A stretch of DNA of 64,000 bases. Origin: Candidatus Nanopelagicales bacterium. Lineage in GTDB: Bacteria; Actinomycetota; Actinomycetes; S36-B12; UBA5976. Below are positions 1 to 10,559 of this stretch, in pieces; within the stretch, counting starts at the first letter, position 1, and every line of letters starts with the position of its first letter. A model generated the notes under the pieces. It was not told the DNA's origin. It made no database searches and saw only the letters and a program-made list of their open reading frames with translations. The stretch spans positions 40,010-104,009 of the forward strand of contig JBIISC010000001.1 of NCBI GenBank assembly GCA_044341215.1, in the 5' to 3' direction. Made by a program: the position numbers and the translations under genes.

Positions 1-97
1 TTCGCACTATTGCTCCAGTAGCGATAATTGCACTTTGCGCAAACAAGTTCACAAGCAATATGCGAGTAACTGTTGTCTTGTTCGTAGGAAATTTCAT
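1..97 (-). CDS. ctaA: Heme A synthase (CtaA/COX15), N-terminal 32 codons only; the gene runs off the left edge
   Basis: Minus-strand ATG at 97..95 gives MKFPTNKTTVTRILLVNLFAQSAIIATGAIVR. This resembles the first TM segment of actinobacterial CtaA (..AQ..IV.TGG.VR). The position downstream of the ABC pair matches Rv1456c-Rv1458c synteny as I recall it. Confidence 0.45.
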   Translation of the reverse strand, partial: MKFPTNKTTVTRILLVNLFAQSAIIATGAIVR

Positions 98-98
98 T

Positions 99-746
99 CT
101 AATCCAACCATTTGAAATATTTTCTTAAAAGAATATTGAGACCAGTATTGAAAATTATCAGGCTTACTAAATATGACAATCCTTTGGCCTGGATTACGGT
201 AGCCCCGGCCAGCGGATGCATGAACGAGAAATCATTTTGCAATAGTCCAACTCCGGATATCAAAATGGCGAGAAACAGCAGATTGGAAAATGCTAGTACT
301 TTTTCTGCAGTTAGAACGCCTGCCAATAGGAAAGCAGATTGGGTGAATAACAAAACGAGCAAAGGCACTGAAATGAAATTAAGTGTGTTAAATTGAATAG
401 ATATTTCCAGAATTAATGAAGTGGCAATAACAATCGGAATCTGTATGGCAAGCAGGAAGATACCTACCAACGTCTGTCCTGAAACCACTCCACGTAAGCC
501 GAGTGGAGTGACTGACAAGTATTTTAATGTTCCGTATCTGCGAGCGAATGCAGTACTAATGACCAAAGACGTAAAGCTGCTTGCTAATGAGCAAGCAGCC
601 AGGGTGAAGTCAAAAACGTGAGGTTGCTCTGGCAAAAGCACCAACACTGCTATCGGCGTGCCGAGTACAAGTAAAAGTTGCTCAGGGTGGCGCAAAAGAG
701 TGGAAATCTCGTAGATCGCATATCTGACGAATGGGCGAGCGATCAT
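99..746 (-). CDS. ABC-2 type transporter permease
   Basis: 215-aa polytopic hydrophobic protein. Its start overlaps the stop of the upstream ATPase gene by 4 nt. Confidence 0.7.
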   Translation of the reverse strand: MIARPFVRYAIYEISTLLRHPEQLLLVLGTPIAVLVLLPEQPHVFDFTLAACSLASSFTSLVISTAFARRYGTLKYLSVTPLGLRGVVSGQTLVGIFLLAIQIPIVIATSLILEISIQFNTLNFISVPLLVLLFTQSAFLLAGVLTAEKVLAFSNLLFLAILISGVGLLQNDFSFMHPLAGATVIQAKGLSYLVSLIIFNTGLNILLRKYFKWLD

Positions 747-1522
747 GACAGGTCTGCATAGCTTGTAATTTGCAAGTTGTTGTCAACTGCGAATTGTGCG
801 AGATATGTAAAAATAGCCTCCGAGGTTGACACTATGTAGCCGTTTTCGGATTTAGTTATTTCGCTAATAATGTTCACAGACTTCAACACACTGATTTCTG
901 CGTCAGATAACGGCCGCGAAGTAGAAAACATGCAACGTTGAACACTAGGTCCTTGCGACAGATGAGTGATGTTGGATGTTATCGAAATTATGTCGCTGTT
1001 TAGATGCGAAGTAATTAGGACTGCTGAACCTTTTGCAATCCGTTCACGACAAAGATCGTGAAATTGTAATCTTGAAATTTCATCTAAGCCGACGGTTGGC
1101 TCATCCAAAATAAGCAGCGTCGGATTGTGAAAAAATGCACTGACAATTGCGAGTTTTTGCATTTCGCCACCGGACACTTCGCGAATTGATTTCTTCTCAA
1201 GTTTTACATCAAAACGCTCTAAAAGTTCATGGTCGATTGGGGTTTGAAATAGATCTGCTAAATACTTTAGCCAACGGTCGACATTTGCATTCAGTGGCAA
1301 ACCACGGTCTTGCCACATTACTCCTAACTGGTTAGGGTTGTAGGAACGAGTAATTGCACCGCTAAAAGGGAGCAAATCAAGGATTGCAAGTATCAGCGAG
1401 GTCTTACCAGAGCCGTTGGCGCCGACTAGGCCATATGCATCTCCAGGGGTGATGGTGAGGTTAAAGTCGTTCAGGACGACTCTTTGGCCTCTTTTTACGC
1501 ATATATCGACCATGTTTAGCAC
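743..1522 (-). CDS. ABC transporter ATP-binding protein
   Basis: Walker A GANGSGKTS, signature SGGEMQK, Walker B LLILDEPTVGLD. The start may be the GTG at 1522 or the ATG at 1513. Confidence 0.85.
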   Translation of the reverse strand: MLNMVDICVKRGQRVVLNDFNLTITPGDAYGLVGANGSGKTSLILAILDLLPFSGAITRSYNPNQLGVMWQDRGLPLNANVDRWLKYLADLFQTPIDHELLERFDVKLEKKSIREVSGGEMQKLAIVSAFFHNPTLLILDEPTVGLDEISRLQFHDLCRERIAKGSAVLITSHLNSDIISITSNITHLSQGPSVQRCMFSTSRPLSDAEISVLKSVNIISEITKSENGYIVSTSEAIFTYLAQFAVDNNLQITSYADLS

Positions 1523-1584
1523 TAGAGCATCCTACTTTCAGTGTCGATTGTGCACTCGGGGTGGAAATACGCAACAATTAGGTT

Positions 1585-2238
1585 GTGAAATTCAGAAGCC
1601 AAGCATCGGCAAGAGTGGCCAAGCTACTTATGGAACTCGGACCATCATCAGCCACGGTCTTGGCTAACTCATTATCAATGACTCCAACTGCAATGCGTAA
1701 GCACTTAGATTCCCTTGAAGCTGCTGGTTTTGTTACCGCCCACGATAAAGCGCCATTCGGTCCGACACTAGACACATCAAGAGGTCGAGGCAGACCATCA
1801 AAGATTTTCACTGTGACTCAAACAGGCCGTGAATTTTTCGAAGCGCCTTATGACGAAATTGCTTTGAGCGCCCTGCAATTTATGGAACAGAAATTTGGAA
1901 AGCAATCAATACGAGATTTTGCGAAATCTAGAATTGAATCGGTTTTTGCAGAGTTCGATGAAACAAGTCATGGTGTAACTCAACTCGCTCAAGAACTTTC
2001 TGATCACGGATTCAGCGCAAGTGTGCAGCCTGCACCTTTCGCAAATGCTGAACAACTATGCCAACACAACTGTCCGATCAGTCACATAGCAAGTGTCTAT
2101 CCCGAATTTTGCGAAGTCGAAGCCGAAATCATTGGCAAAAAACTTGGCGTACACGTAACTAGAATCTCAACAATAGCTTCTGGTTCTGCAATCTGCACTA
2201 CGAATATCCCAAATAACACACCTAGGAGAAGCGCATGA
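1585..2238 (+). CDS. sufR: SufR-type winged-helix transcriptional regulator of the suf operon
   Basis: N-terminal HTH ([28 protein letters not shown]). C-terminal Cys cluster ([21 protein letters not shown] ... AICT). The stop overlaps the sufB start by 4 nt, and GTG is the start codon. Confidence 0.8.
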   Translation: MKFRSQASARVAKLLMELGPSSATVLANSLSMTPTAMRKHLDSLEAAGFVTAHDKAPFGPTLDTSRGRGRPSKIFTVTQTGREFFEAPYDEIALSALQFMEQKFGKQSIRDFAKSRIESVFAEFDETSHGVTQLAQELSDHGFSASVQPAPFANAEQLCQHNCPISHIASVYPEFCEVEAEIIGKKLGVHVTRISTIASGSAICTTNIPNNTPRRSA

Positions 2239-3644
2239 GTTCATCAGTAGACGAACTTGAAGGTATTGGTAATTACGAATTTGGCTGGAGAGATAAGACA
2301 GACGCTGGCGCAAATGCTAGACGAGGTCTAAATGCTGAAGTTGTTCTGGACATCAGCAATAAAAAGAGCGAACCAAAATGGATGGAAGAACTGCGTCTAA
2401 AAGGTTTGGATTTATTCATCAAGAAGCCTATGCCAAATTGGGGCGGCGACTTGTCCGGTATCGATTTTGATAACATCAAATACTTCGTTCGCTCAACTGA
2501 GAAACAAGCTACATCTTGGGAAGAACTCCCTGAAGACATTAGAAATACGTACGACCGATTAGGTATTCCTGACGCAGAAAAGCAACGGTTGGTTGCTGGT
2601 GTAGCTGCACAATATGAATCTGAAGTTGTTTACCACGCAATTCGTTCTGATTTAGAAGAGCAGGGCGTAATCTTTGTAGATACAGACACGGCTCTAAGAG
2701 AGCATGAAGAACTTTTCAGGGAATATTTCGGAACAGTCATTCCTGTTGGTGACAACAAGTTTGCTGCCCTAAACACATCTGTTTGGTCTGGCGGTTCGTT
2801 TATCTATGTCCCGAAAAACGTGAAGGTAGATATTCCACTGCAAGCATATTTTCGTATCAATACTGAAAATATGGGTCAGTTCGAACGGACATTGATCATT
2901 GTTGATGAAGGTGCTTACGTTCACTATGTCGAGGGCTGCACAGCACCGATTTATTCAAGTGACTCTTTGCACTCGGCAGTCGTAGAAATCATTGTTAAAA
3001 AGAATGCCCGTTGCCGGTACACAACCATTCAAAACTGGTCGAACAACGTTTACAACTTAGTAACCAAGCGTGCTATTGCTCACGAAGGTGCAACTATGGA
3101 ATGGATTGATGGCAACATCGGATCCAAAGTAACCATGAAGTACCCAGCAGTTTGGATGGTAGGAGAGCATGCGAAAGGTGAAACACTTTCAATCGCTTTT
3201 GCTGGCGAAGGTCAGCATCAAGATGCTGGTTCCAAGATGGTTCACGCTGCTCCAAATACAAGTTCAACAATCATCTCTAAGTCGGTTGCTCGAGGTGGTG
3301 GTCGCACTTCTTACCGAGGTCTTGTGCTTGTCGAAGAAGGCGCCTACAACTCCAAGAGCACTGTTAAATGTGATGCTCTACTAATTGATGATATTTCTCG
3401 AAGCGATACATATCCGTATGTGGATGTTCGTACCGATGACGTCTCAATGGGGCACGAAGCAACTGTTTCAAGAGTTAGTGACGACCAGTTGTTCTACCTC
3501 ATGAGCCGCGGTATGAATGAAGATGAAGCCATGGCAATGATTGTTCGAGGTTTCGTTGAACCAATCGCACGTGAATTGCCGATGGAGTATGCAATCGAAT
3601 TGAATCGCCTAATCGAGCTCCAAATGGAAGGGTCAGTGGGTTAA
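2235..3644 (+). CDS. sufB: Fe-S cluster assembly scaffold SufB
   Basis: 469 aa with typical SufB C-terminal region ([22 protein letters not shown]). No intein-sized insertion. Confidence 0.95.
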   Translation: MSSSVDELEGIGNYEFGWRDKTDAGANARRGLNAEVVLDISNKKSEPKWMEELRLKGLDLFIKKPMPNWGGDLSGIDFDNIKYFVRSTEKQATSWEELPEDIRNTYDRLGIPDAEKQRLVAGVAAQYESEVVYHAIRSDLEEQGVIFVDTDTALREHEELFREYFGTVIPVGDNKFAALNTSVWSGGSFIYVPKNVKVDIPLQAYFRINTENMGQFERTLIIVDEGAYVHYVEGCTAPIYSSDSLHSAVVEIIVKKNARCRYTTIQNWSNNVYNLVTKRAIAHEGATMEWIDGNIGSKVTMKYPAVWMVGEHAKGETLSIAFAGEGQHQDAGSKMVHAAPNTSSTIISKSVARGGGRTSYRGLVLVEEGAYNSKSTVKCDALLIDDISRSDTYPYVDVRTDDVSMGHEATVSRVSDDQLFYLMSRGMNEDEAMAMIVRGFVEPIARELPMEYAIELNRLIELQMEGSVG

Positions 3645-4777
3645 TGACCGTAACAGCCCCGCCAAGCGATTTAGCTCCAAGACTAAAAGGACTGAAATTA
3701 ATTCAGATTCCGGTTCCAAATGGTCGTGAAGAAGAATGGCGATTTACTCCAATGAAGAGAATCGCAAAGCTTCATGAACTAACTGAAACCGAGTCGAGTC
3801 CTATTTTTACAATTTCGTCACCAGGATTGGTACGGATTGAAAATGCAATGATTAATGATTTTGCTGCAGCAGATCGCATCTCAGCTGCCGCTGCATTATT
3901 GAGCACAGAAGGCAAGTCAATAACAATTCCTAAAGAAATCATTTTGACTGAACCTGTAATCATTGAGACCACATCAAAGAGCGAACGCAGTGTTGGTTCA
4001 CTGTTGTTGAATCTTGAAAAGTATTCCAAAGGCACTTTCATCATCGATCACACTGGAAGTGGTGCGATTGCATTAGCAGTTGAAGTTAATGTTGCTGAAG
4101 GCGCAGATGCGACTGTTATCTCGATTCATGACGGTGACCGTAAATCTGTTTTCACAGGTCAACAAGCCATCAAATTGGGCAAAGACGCAAAGGTCCACCA
4201 CGTTGCCATCACACTCGGCGGCGACCTGGTTCGACTCGTAACTACAGTCGAGTACACCGCACCTGGTGGCGAAGCAGTTATGTCGGGCGCTTATTTCACT
4301 GACGCTGGTCAGCACCATGAACATCGACTGTTCGTTGACCACTCAGTACCAAATTGTCGAAGTGACGTTATGTACAAGGGCGCTTTGCAAGGTCAGGATG
4401 CCCACTCAGTTTGGATTGGGGACGTTTTAATTCGCAGTAATGCAATCGGAACATCAACTTACGAACTGAATCGGAATTTGATTCTGACAGAAGGCGCTCG
4501 TGCAGATTCAGTACCAAATTTGGAAATTGAAACTGGAGAAATCGTAGGAGCAGGACACGCTTCCGCTACCGGTCGATTCGATGATGAGCAAATCTTCTAC
4601 CTAATGAGTAGAGGTGTTCCAGAAGTGCAAGCTAAGCGCTTAGTAGTGCGAGGTTTTCTTGCCGACGTCATTTTCCGGATTCCATCTGCGGATTTGCAAA
4701 ATCGTCTAATCAAGGACGTCGAAAACAAATTGGGAAATGCTGATCCACTCTATGCGAGGGTATTCGATGAGCAATAA
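3644..4777 (+). CDS. sufD: Fe-S cluster assembly protein SufD
   Basis: SufB/SufD family C-terminus (GHASATGRFDDEQIFYLMSRGV). Located between sufB and sufC. Confidence 0.9.
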   Translation: MTVTAPPSDLAPRLKGLKLIQIPVPNGREEEWRFTPMKRIAKLHELTETESSPIFTISSPGLVRIENAMINDFAAADRISAAAALLSTEGKSITIPKEIILTEPVIIETTSKSERSVGSLLLNLEKYSKGTFIIDHTGSGAIALAVEVNVAEGADATVISIHDGDRKSVFTGQQAIKLGKDAKVHHVAITLGGDLVRLVTTVEYTAPGGEAVMSGAYFTDAGQHHEHRLFVDHSVPNCRSDVMYKGALQGQDAHSVWIGDVLIRSNAIGTSTYELNRNLILTEGARADSVPNLEIETGEIVGAGHASATGRFDDEQIFYLMSRGVPEVQAKRLVVRGFLADVIFRIPSADLQNRLIKDVENKLGNADPLYARVFDEQ

Positions 4778-5093
4778 CCATATAGTTGGAACCGTAAAAG
4801 ATTACGCACTTGATTCAATCACTCAAATTGATGTTGATGGTATTGAAATAGCACTTGTGAAAACCGCCGAAGGGTTTTTTGCTGTATCAGACATTTGCAC
4901 ACATGCTGAAGTTTCTTTGTCTGATGGTTCTCTCAATGGGTGTCTCTTGGAGTGCCCAATGCATGGAGCTGAATTCGATATCAAAACTGGGGAAGCGAAA
5001 TCTCTGCCAGCCACCAAACCGCTTGAGGTTTACAAAGTTTTAGTTAGTGGCACTGATGAAAATGCCACAGTATCAATCGAAGTAGGGAAGTAA
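4767..5093 (+). CDS. Rieske [2Fe-2S] ferredoxin-like protein embedded in the suf operon
   Basis: Rieske motif CTH..(17)..CPMH. I trimmed the start to the ATG at 4767 (MSNNHIV); the track ORF begins at 4737 inside sufD. Confidence 0.8.
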   Translation: MSNNHIVGTVKDYALDSITQIDVDGIEIALVKTAEGFFAVSDICTHAEVSLSDGSLNGCLLECPMHGAEFDIKTGEAKSLPATKPLEVYKVLVSGTDENATVSIEVGK

Positions 5094-5851
5094 TGAGCAC
5101 ACTAGAAATCAAAGATCTAAAAGTTCGGGTAGAAACCGAGAACGGTCCAATCGACATCCTCAAAGGCGTCACACTGACCATCAAATCAGGTGAAACGCAT
5201 GCAATCATGGGACCAAATGGTTCAGGAAAGTCAACTTTGGCTTATTCCATCGCTGGCCATCCGCGCTATGAAATTGTTGGCGGCTCAGTAACTCTTGATG
5301 GCGCTGACGTGCTTGAAATGAGCGTTGATGAACGGGCTAAGGCTGGAATGTTTCTAGCTATGCAATATCCAGTTGAAGTGCCGGGAGTTTCAGTATCGAA
5401 TTTTCTTCGCACAGCAGTAACAGCTATTCGTGGTGAAGCACCAAAACTGCGTGATTGGTTGAAGGAAATGAAAGGCGCAATGTCAGATTTAGCGATCGAT
5501 ACAAATTTCGCTGAACGCAATGTAAATGAGGGTTTCTCTGGCGGTGAACGTAAGCGCCATGAAATCTTGCAAATGGAATTGCTACAGCCAAAGATTGCAA
5601 TTTTGGATGAAACCGATTCAGGTTTAGATGTTGATGCTTTAAAGATCGTGTCAGATGGCGTGAACCGTATTCGGAAATCTTCAGATATTGGTGTTTTGCT
5701 TATTACTCACACAATCAGATTGCTGCGACAAATTCCGGTAGATCACGTTCACGTTTTCGTTGACGGCCGAATTGTTGCTCAAGGTGGCCCGGAGTTAGCT
5801 GAGCAAATTGATGCTAATGGTTACGAGCAGTTCACGGTGGCCGTTAATTAA
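5093..5851 (+). CDS. sufC: Fe-S cluster assembly ATPase SufC
   Basis: Walker A GPNGSGKST, FSGGERKR, ILDETDSGLD. Confidence 0.95.
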   Translation: MSTLEIKDLKVRVETENGPIDILKGVTLTIKSGETHAIMGPNGSGKSTLAYSIAGHPRYEIVGGSVTLDGADVLEMSVDERAKAGMFLAMQYPVEVPGVSVSNFLRTAVTAIRGEAPKLRDWLKEMKGAMSDLAIDTNFAERNVNEGFSGGERKRHEILQMELLQPKIAILDETDSGLDVDALKIVSDGVNRIRKSSDIGVLLITHTIRLLRQIPVDHVHVFVDGRIVAQGGPELAEQIDANGYEQFTVAVN

Positions 5852-7131
5852 TGTCCTTTGAACCAAGTGCAATCAAATCTGACTTTCCGATCTTTGAACA
5901 AAAGCTACACGGGAATAAGGATTTGGTGTACTTGGATTCAGCTGCGACGTCTCAAAAGCCAAATCAGGTAATTAATGCGTTAACGAATTTCTATCGCACG
6001 AGTAACGGTGGAATCCATCGAGGTTCACACGCTTTGGCTGAACGAGCCACCATGTTGTATGAAGATGCACGCTCAAACATAGCTTCCTTCATCGGCGCGC
6101 AATCGAATGAAATCGTATTTACAAAAAATGCAACTGAAAGTATCAATTTAGTTGCTTATTCTTTTTCAAACGCGACGGCCAAAAAGAAACAAGGTCAGAC
6201 ACTAAGTGGTATTGAAGAAAGATTTGTGGTTGGGCCAAACGATGAAATCTTGCTCACCGAGATGGAACATCACGCCAATCTAGTTCCATGGCAAGAGTTG
6301 CATCTTAAAACTGGAGTGCAATTAAAGTTTATTCCAATCACAGATGATGGATACCTGGATTTAACGACGATGGATTCTCTTGTCTCGGAACGCACCAAAA
6401 TTGTCTCAATTGTTCATCAATCAAACATTTTGGGAACCATCAATCATGTGGACAAGATTTTCGATTTGGCTAAAAAGGTTGGAGCGTTTACTCTTTTAGA
6501 TAGTTGCCAGTCGGTTCCGCATATGCCAGTTGACGTTAGCCACCTGAAACCGGACTTCATGGCCTTCAGCGGTCACAAAATGCTTGGCCCAAACGGGGTG
6601 GGCGTTCTCTACATCAATTCAGAGATATTGCAAGAACTCCCAGTTTTCATAACTGGTGGATCAATGATTGAAGTTGTGCATCTTGATCACAGTTCCTACG
6701 CTAAAGGGACAGCTCGTTTTGAAGCGGGCACTCAATCTGCAGCAGATGTAGTAGGGCTCTCTGTGGCAGTTGACTACTTGCGCAATCTCGGCATGGAGAA
6801 TGTTCACGCACACGGCTCAGATTTAACGAAATACGCACTTGAAAGATTGCAAGAGCTTCGCGGCATCAAAATTGTCGGACCACAAACTATGAACGATCGC
6901 GGAAGTGCAATCTCATTTGTTGTCGACGAAATGCATCCTCACGATGTTGGGCAATTTCTTGATGCAGACGGAATTGCAGTGCGAGTCGGCCACCACTGCG
7001 CTTGGCCAGTTTGTCGTCGGATGTCAGTCCCAGCTACAACCAGAGCATCTTTCTACGTCTACAATCAAAAGTCGGACGTTGACACGATGATTACATCCAT
7101 ACTTAAAGCACAGAAATTCTTTGGTGTTTAA
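5851..7131 (+). CDS. sufS: Cysteine desulfurase SufS (class V aminotransferase)
   Basis: PLP-lysine context FSGHKMLGP and catalytic Cys loop RVGHHCA. Confidence 0.93.
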   Translation: MSFEPSAIKSDFPIFEQKLHGNKDLVYLDSAATSQKPNQVINALTNFYRTSNGGIHRGSHALAERATMLYEDARSNIASFIGAQSNEIVFTKNATESINLVAYSFSNATAKKKQGQTLSGIEERFVVGPNDEILLTEMEHHANLVPWQELHLKTGVQLKFIPITDDGYLDLTTMDSLVSERTKIVSIVHQSNILGTINHVDKIFDLAKKVGAFTLLDSCQSVPHMPVDVSHLKPDFMAFSGHKMLGPNGVGVLYINSEILQELPVFITGGSMIEVVHLDHSSYAKGTARFEAGTQSAADVVGLSVAVDYLRNLGMENVHAHGSDLTKYALERLQELRGIKIVGPQTMNDRGSAISFVVDEMHPHDVGQFLDADGIAVRVGHHCAWPVCRRMSVPATTRASFYVYNQKSDVDTMITSILKAQKFFGV

Positions 7132-7568
7132 TGAATCTAGAATCCCTCTATCAGGAAATTATTCTCAACCACTACAAAAATCCAAATGGCAAAGTGGATT
7201 CTGTGGATTCGCCGGACGCAGTTCACCACGTCAACCCAAATTGTGGTGATGAAATCACTTTGTCTGTTCAGATGCACGATGGCCAGGCACACATCACTTT
7301 CAGTAATTTGGGCTGCAGCATTAGTCAAGCCAGCGCCTCGGTCATGTTTGACCTTTGCGAAAGCCAGCCAGTCTCCAAGATCATGGAGATTGAGGATAGC
7401 TTTCTTGAACTAATGCAGTCCCGAGGACAAGGAATAGCAGAGGATGAACTTCTAGGTGACGCCATAGCGTTTGTTGGCGTCTCACAGTTCCCAGCTCGCA
7501 TAAAATGCGCTCTGCTGCCATACATGGCTCTAAAGGACGCAATTTCTAGAGAAATAGAAGGAAAGTAA
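7131..7568 (+). CDS. sufU: SufU/IscU-like sulfur acceptor
   Basis: Conserved NPNCGDE and GCSISQAS motifs. Located directly after sufS. Confidence 0.88.
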   Translation: MNLESLYQEIILNHYKNPNGKVDSVDSPDAVHHVNPNCGDEITLSVQMHDGQAHITFSNLGCSISQASASVMFDLCESQPVSKIMEIEDSFLELMQSRGQGIAEDELLGDAIAFVGVSQFPARIKCALLPYMALKDAISREIEGK

Positions 7569-7916
7569 ATGAGTGATCAAAATCTCGACGCACTAAGAGG
7601 TTCTGAGATTCCATCAGAGGATGATCTTTTCGAATTAATGCGAGATGTTGTCGATCCAGAGCTAGGCATCAACGTAGTTGATTTAGGACTCGTATACGCG
7701 GTACATATTGATGAGAGCCAGAATGCAACCATCGATATGACGTTAACTTCAGCAGCTTGCCCGCTTACCGATGTAATTGAAGACCAAACTCGCGCAGCAC
7801 TTGACGGACATGTTAAAGATTTCAGAATTAACTGGGTATGGATGCCACCTTGGGGACCAGACAAAATCACACAAGATGGTCGCGAAATGATGCGAGCGCT
7901 CGGTTTCAACATTTAG
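7569..7916 (+). CDS. sufT: SufT / DUF59 Fe-S assembly accessory protein
   Basis: DUF59-type sequence (DPELGINVVDLGLVY ... LTSAACPL). It is the last gene of the suf operon. Confidence 0.85.
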   Translation: MSDQNLDALRGSEIPSEDDLFELMRDVVDPELGINVVDLGLVYAVHIDESQNATIDMTLTSAACPLTDVIEDQTRAALDGHVKDFRINWVWMPPWGPDKITQDGREMMRALGFNI

Positions 7917-7928
7917 TTATATTGATAA

Positions 7929-9527
7929 ATGCTAAGTGCACATGATTTAGAAGCACGCGTAGGTGCTCGAGTTCTCCTTTCTATGGTTAACTTCAACATC
8001 AATGCCGGTGACAAAGTTGGATTTGTTGGTCGCAACGGCGCCGGGAAAACCACTCTAACGAAAATATTGGCAAGGGAAGCACTTCCTACAAGTGGCTCTG
8101 TTACCACATCAGGTTCAGTTGGGTACTTGCCTCAAGATCCAAGAACTGGTGACTTAGCAGTAACCGCTTTAAATCGGATTCTGTCTGCTCGCAATTTAGA
8201 TGTTGCGATTGCAAAAATGCGCCAAGCTGAAATCGACATGGCATCTACAGACACTAATGTTTTTGATAAAGCCATGAGACGTTATTCAAACAGCGAAGCC
8301 GAATTCCAAGCAGCAGGAGGTTACGCAGCAGAGTCTGAAGCTGGTGCCATCGCGTCTAGTCTGGGATTGCCAGTTTCGGTCCTGCAACAAGAATTAGGGA
8401 CGCTCTCTGGAGGTCAACGCCGCAGAATCGAATTGGCACGGATTTTGTTTAGTGGACATGAAACATTGTTGCTTGACGAACCAACAAACCACTTAGATGC
8501 AGATTCAGTCATTTGGCTGAGAACGTTTCTGCAAAATTATGCAGGTGGCGTGGTTGTGATCACGCACGATACTGAACTTCTCGAAGCCACAGTTAACCGA
8601 ATCTTTTACTTAGACGCAAATCGTTGCGTTCTTGATGTCTACAACATGGGTTGGAAGCGTTACCTTCAACAACGCGAAGCTGACGAGCGCCGTCGCAAAC
8701 GTGAACGTGCCAATGCTGAAAAACAAGCAGATACATTGATCTTGCAAGCTGAGAAAATGCGGGCGAAAGCCACTAAAGCCAAAGCTGCTCAATCAATGTT
8801 AAAACGTGCAGAGCGGTTGACTAGCAATCTTGAGGCTGAGCGAACATCAGATCGAGTGGCGAAACTACGTTTCCCTACACCTGCTCCCTGCGGGAAAACG
8901 CCACTAATGGCAACTGGTTTGTCAAGAACTTATGGTTCGACAGAGATCTTTACTGACGTTGATCTAGCGATAGATAAGGGATCTAGAGTTGTGATTCTTG
9001 GCCTGAATGGTGCAGGTAAAACAACTTTATTGCGAATTTTGTCCGGAGTAGATCAGGCAGACACTGGAGACATTTTGCCCGGACACGGACTAAAAATTGG
9101 TTACTACGCGCAGGAACATGAAACTCTAGATCCGCAAAAAACTGTGCTCGACAACATGATGAATTCCGGAACTGATTTGACCGAACGTGAGGCGCGTTCG
9201 GTCTTGGGCTCTTTCTTATTTACTGGTGACGACGTTCTTAAACCTGCTGGTGTTTTATCTGGTGGAGAGAAGACAAGACTCGCATTGGCCACTTTGGTTG
9301 TATCGGCTGCGAATGTCCTATTGCTTGACGAACCAACAAATAACTTGGATCCAGCTTCTCGTCACGAAATTTTGACGGCTTTGCAGACTTATAGCGGTGC
9401 GGTAGTTCTCGTCTCACACGATGAAGGGGCTGTACTTGCTCTAAATCCTGAAAGAGTTCTACTGCTACCAGACGGCGTCGAAGATTTATGGAACGACTCT
9501 TACGCTGAGTTGATCAGCCTCGCTTAA
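7929..9527 (+). CDS. ABC-F family ATPase (two NBDs, no TM domain)
   Basis: Two Walker A sites (GRNGAGKTT, GLNGAGKTT) and two signatures (LSGGQRRR, LSGGEKTR). A charged linker (RREADERRRKRERANAEK) separates the two domains. Confidence 0.9.
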   Translation: MLSAHDLEARVGARVLLSMVNFNINAGDKVGFVGRNGAGKTTLTKILAREALPTSGSVTTSGSVGYLPQDPRTGDLAVTALNRILSARNLDVAIAKMRQAEIDMASTDTNVFDKAMRRYSNSEAEFQAAGGYAAESEAGAIASSLGLPVSVLQQELGTLSGGQRRRIELARILFSGHETLLLDEPTNHLDADSVIWLRTFLQNYAGGVVVITHDTELLEATVNRIFYLDANRCVLDVYNMGWKRYLQQREADERRRKRERANAEKQADTLILQAEKMRAKATKAKAAQSMLKRAERLTSNLEAERTSDRVAKLRFPTPAPCGKTPLMATGLSRTYGSTEIFTDVDLAIDKGSRVVILGLNGAGKTTLLRILSGVDQADTGDILPGHGLKIGYYAQEHETLDPQKTVLDNMMNSGTDLTEREARSVLGSFLFTGDDVLKPAGVLSGGEKTRLALATLVVSAANVLLLDEPTNNLDPASRHEILTALQTYSGAVVLVSHDEGAVLALNPERVLLLPDGVEDLWNDSYAELISLA

Positions 9528-9528
9528 T

Positions 9529-10194
9529 TTAGTCAGTTGCAGGTAAGTTGCGAAGCGCAATTACGTATACAGCAACAGCGAAAATTGCAATCAAAATCCA
9601 TTGTCCAACGTAACCAAGATGCGGGCCGGCCGTCATTTCGGGCAGTGGCAATATAGCGAGTTTCTCGATAGGTGGAGAAATCAACTCGAGATAGATTTTG
9701 TCATCATCAGGCAATATTGATGCCGGTGTGTTTGTTTGTTTGGCAGGTAAGTCACTTGGGTCAGATTCAAAACTGTCTATAATTCTAATTCGCCCAACAG
9801 CGTCGATCGTTTGCTCAACTGGAACTTCAACAGGCTGCTGACTCCAACCTAAAGCTAAAACAACGCTGATAGTTTCACTAACTTGCAAATGAACTAAACC
9901 TACAAATCCAGGTATGCCATCTAGGGATTGTTTTCGCCACCAAGTTATTTCGCTGACAACTTTGCCTTGCACTTTCACTCTTGAATATTCACGTAGCGAT
10001 TCGAAGTTGTTGCCATTAAGTGAAGATACATTTAAAGGTTCTTGGGTATAGGAACGTTCGAGTTGGGAATTTAGTAACTCTCGTTCGTGGTGTCGGTTCA
10101 ATTGCCAATTCGCCGCAATCAGAGCGAGCGGGAATATGGCAATCAGCGTCAATGTAAGAGCCGCAATTCTTTTGAAACGATTTCGCACTGTCAA
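9529..10194 (-). CDS. SURF1-like cytochrome oxidase biogenesis membrane protein
   Basis: 221 aa with N- and C-terminal TM helices flanking an extracytoplasmic domain (ANWQLNRH ... GPHLGYVGQW), as in the SURF1 family. Confidence 0.7.
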   Translation of the reverse strand: MTVRNRFKRIAALTLTLIAIFPLALIAANWQLNRHHERELLNSQLERSYTQEPLNVSSLNGNNFESLREYSRVKVQGKVVSEITWWRKQSLDGIPGFVGLVHLQVSETISVVLALGWSQQPVEVPVEQTIDAVGRIRIIDSFESDPSDLPAKQTNTPASILPDDDKIYLELISPPIEKLAILPLPEMTAGPHLGYVGQWILIAIFAVAVYVIALRNLPATD

Positions 10195-10221
10195 ACTTTA
10201 GTAGTTAATCTAGAATGAACC

Positions 10222-10497
10222 ATGGCTAAAAAACCTGAGGTGCATCGCATCACGAATGTACCCGATGGCATGAAAGTTCAACAACAAAACCGAAGTCGCA
10301 GGTACATGTGGTCGATGGGCATTCGCATGTTGTGTTTTGGCGCAGCCTTGATAACTGATGGATTCTTGAGATGGACTTTGCTAGCAGGCTCTCTCGTTTT
10401 GCCATGGGTAGCTGTGGTTTTGGCTAATGCGGGTCGCGAAAATCGTCTAGAACGTGACACTCCCACCGAAATTGCTCATCCTTATACGTTGAAATAG
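10222..10497 (+). CDS. Small membrane protein, DUF3099-like
   Basis: 91 aa with an RSRRYMWSMGIRMLCF motif and two TM helices. This family often sits next to SURF1 in Actinobacteria. Confidence 0.6.
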   Translation: MAKKPEVHRITNVPDGMKVQQQNRSRRYMWSMGIRMLCFGAALITDGFLRWTLLAGSLVLPWVAVVLANAGRENRLERDTPTEIAHPYTLK

Positions 10498-10559
10498 GCG
10501 CAGATGCGTGTTTACGGGGCGGTAACCACTAATTTAGGCTCGGATTCGAAAGAGGTATC

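Noticed and set aside
7577-7912. 111-aa ORF that is an almost full-length antisense mirror of sufT.
   Set aside because: It is striking in length, but the product is Ser-rich and low-complexity. sufT (DUF59) is clearly the coding frame and fits the operon. Without conservation data, the antisense frame is best explained by codon-composition shadowing.
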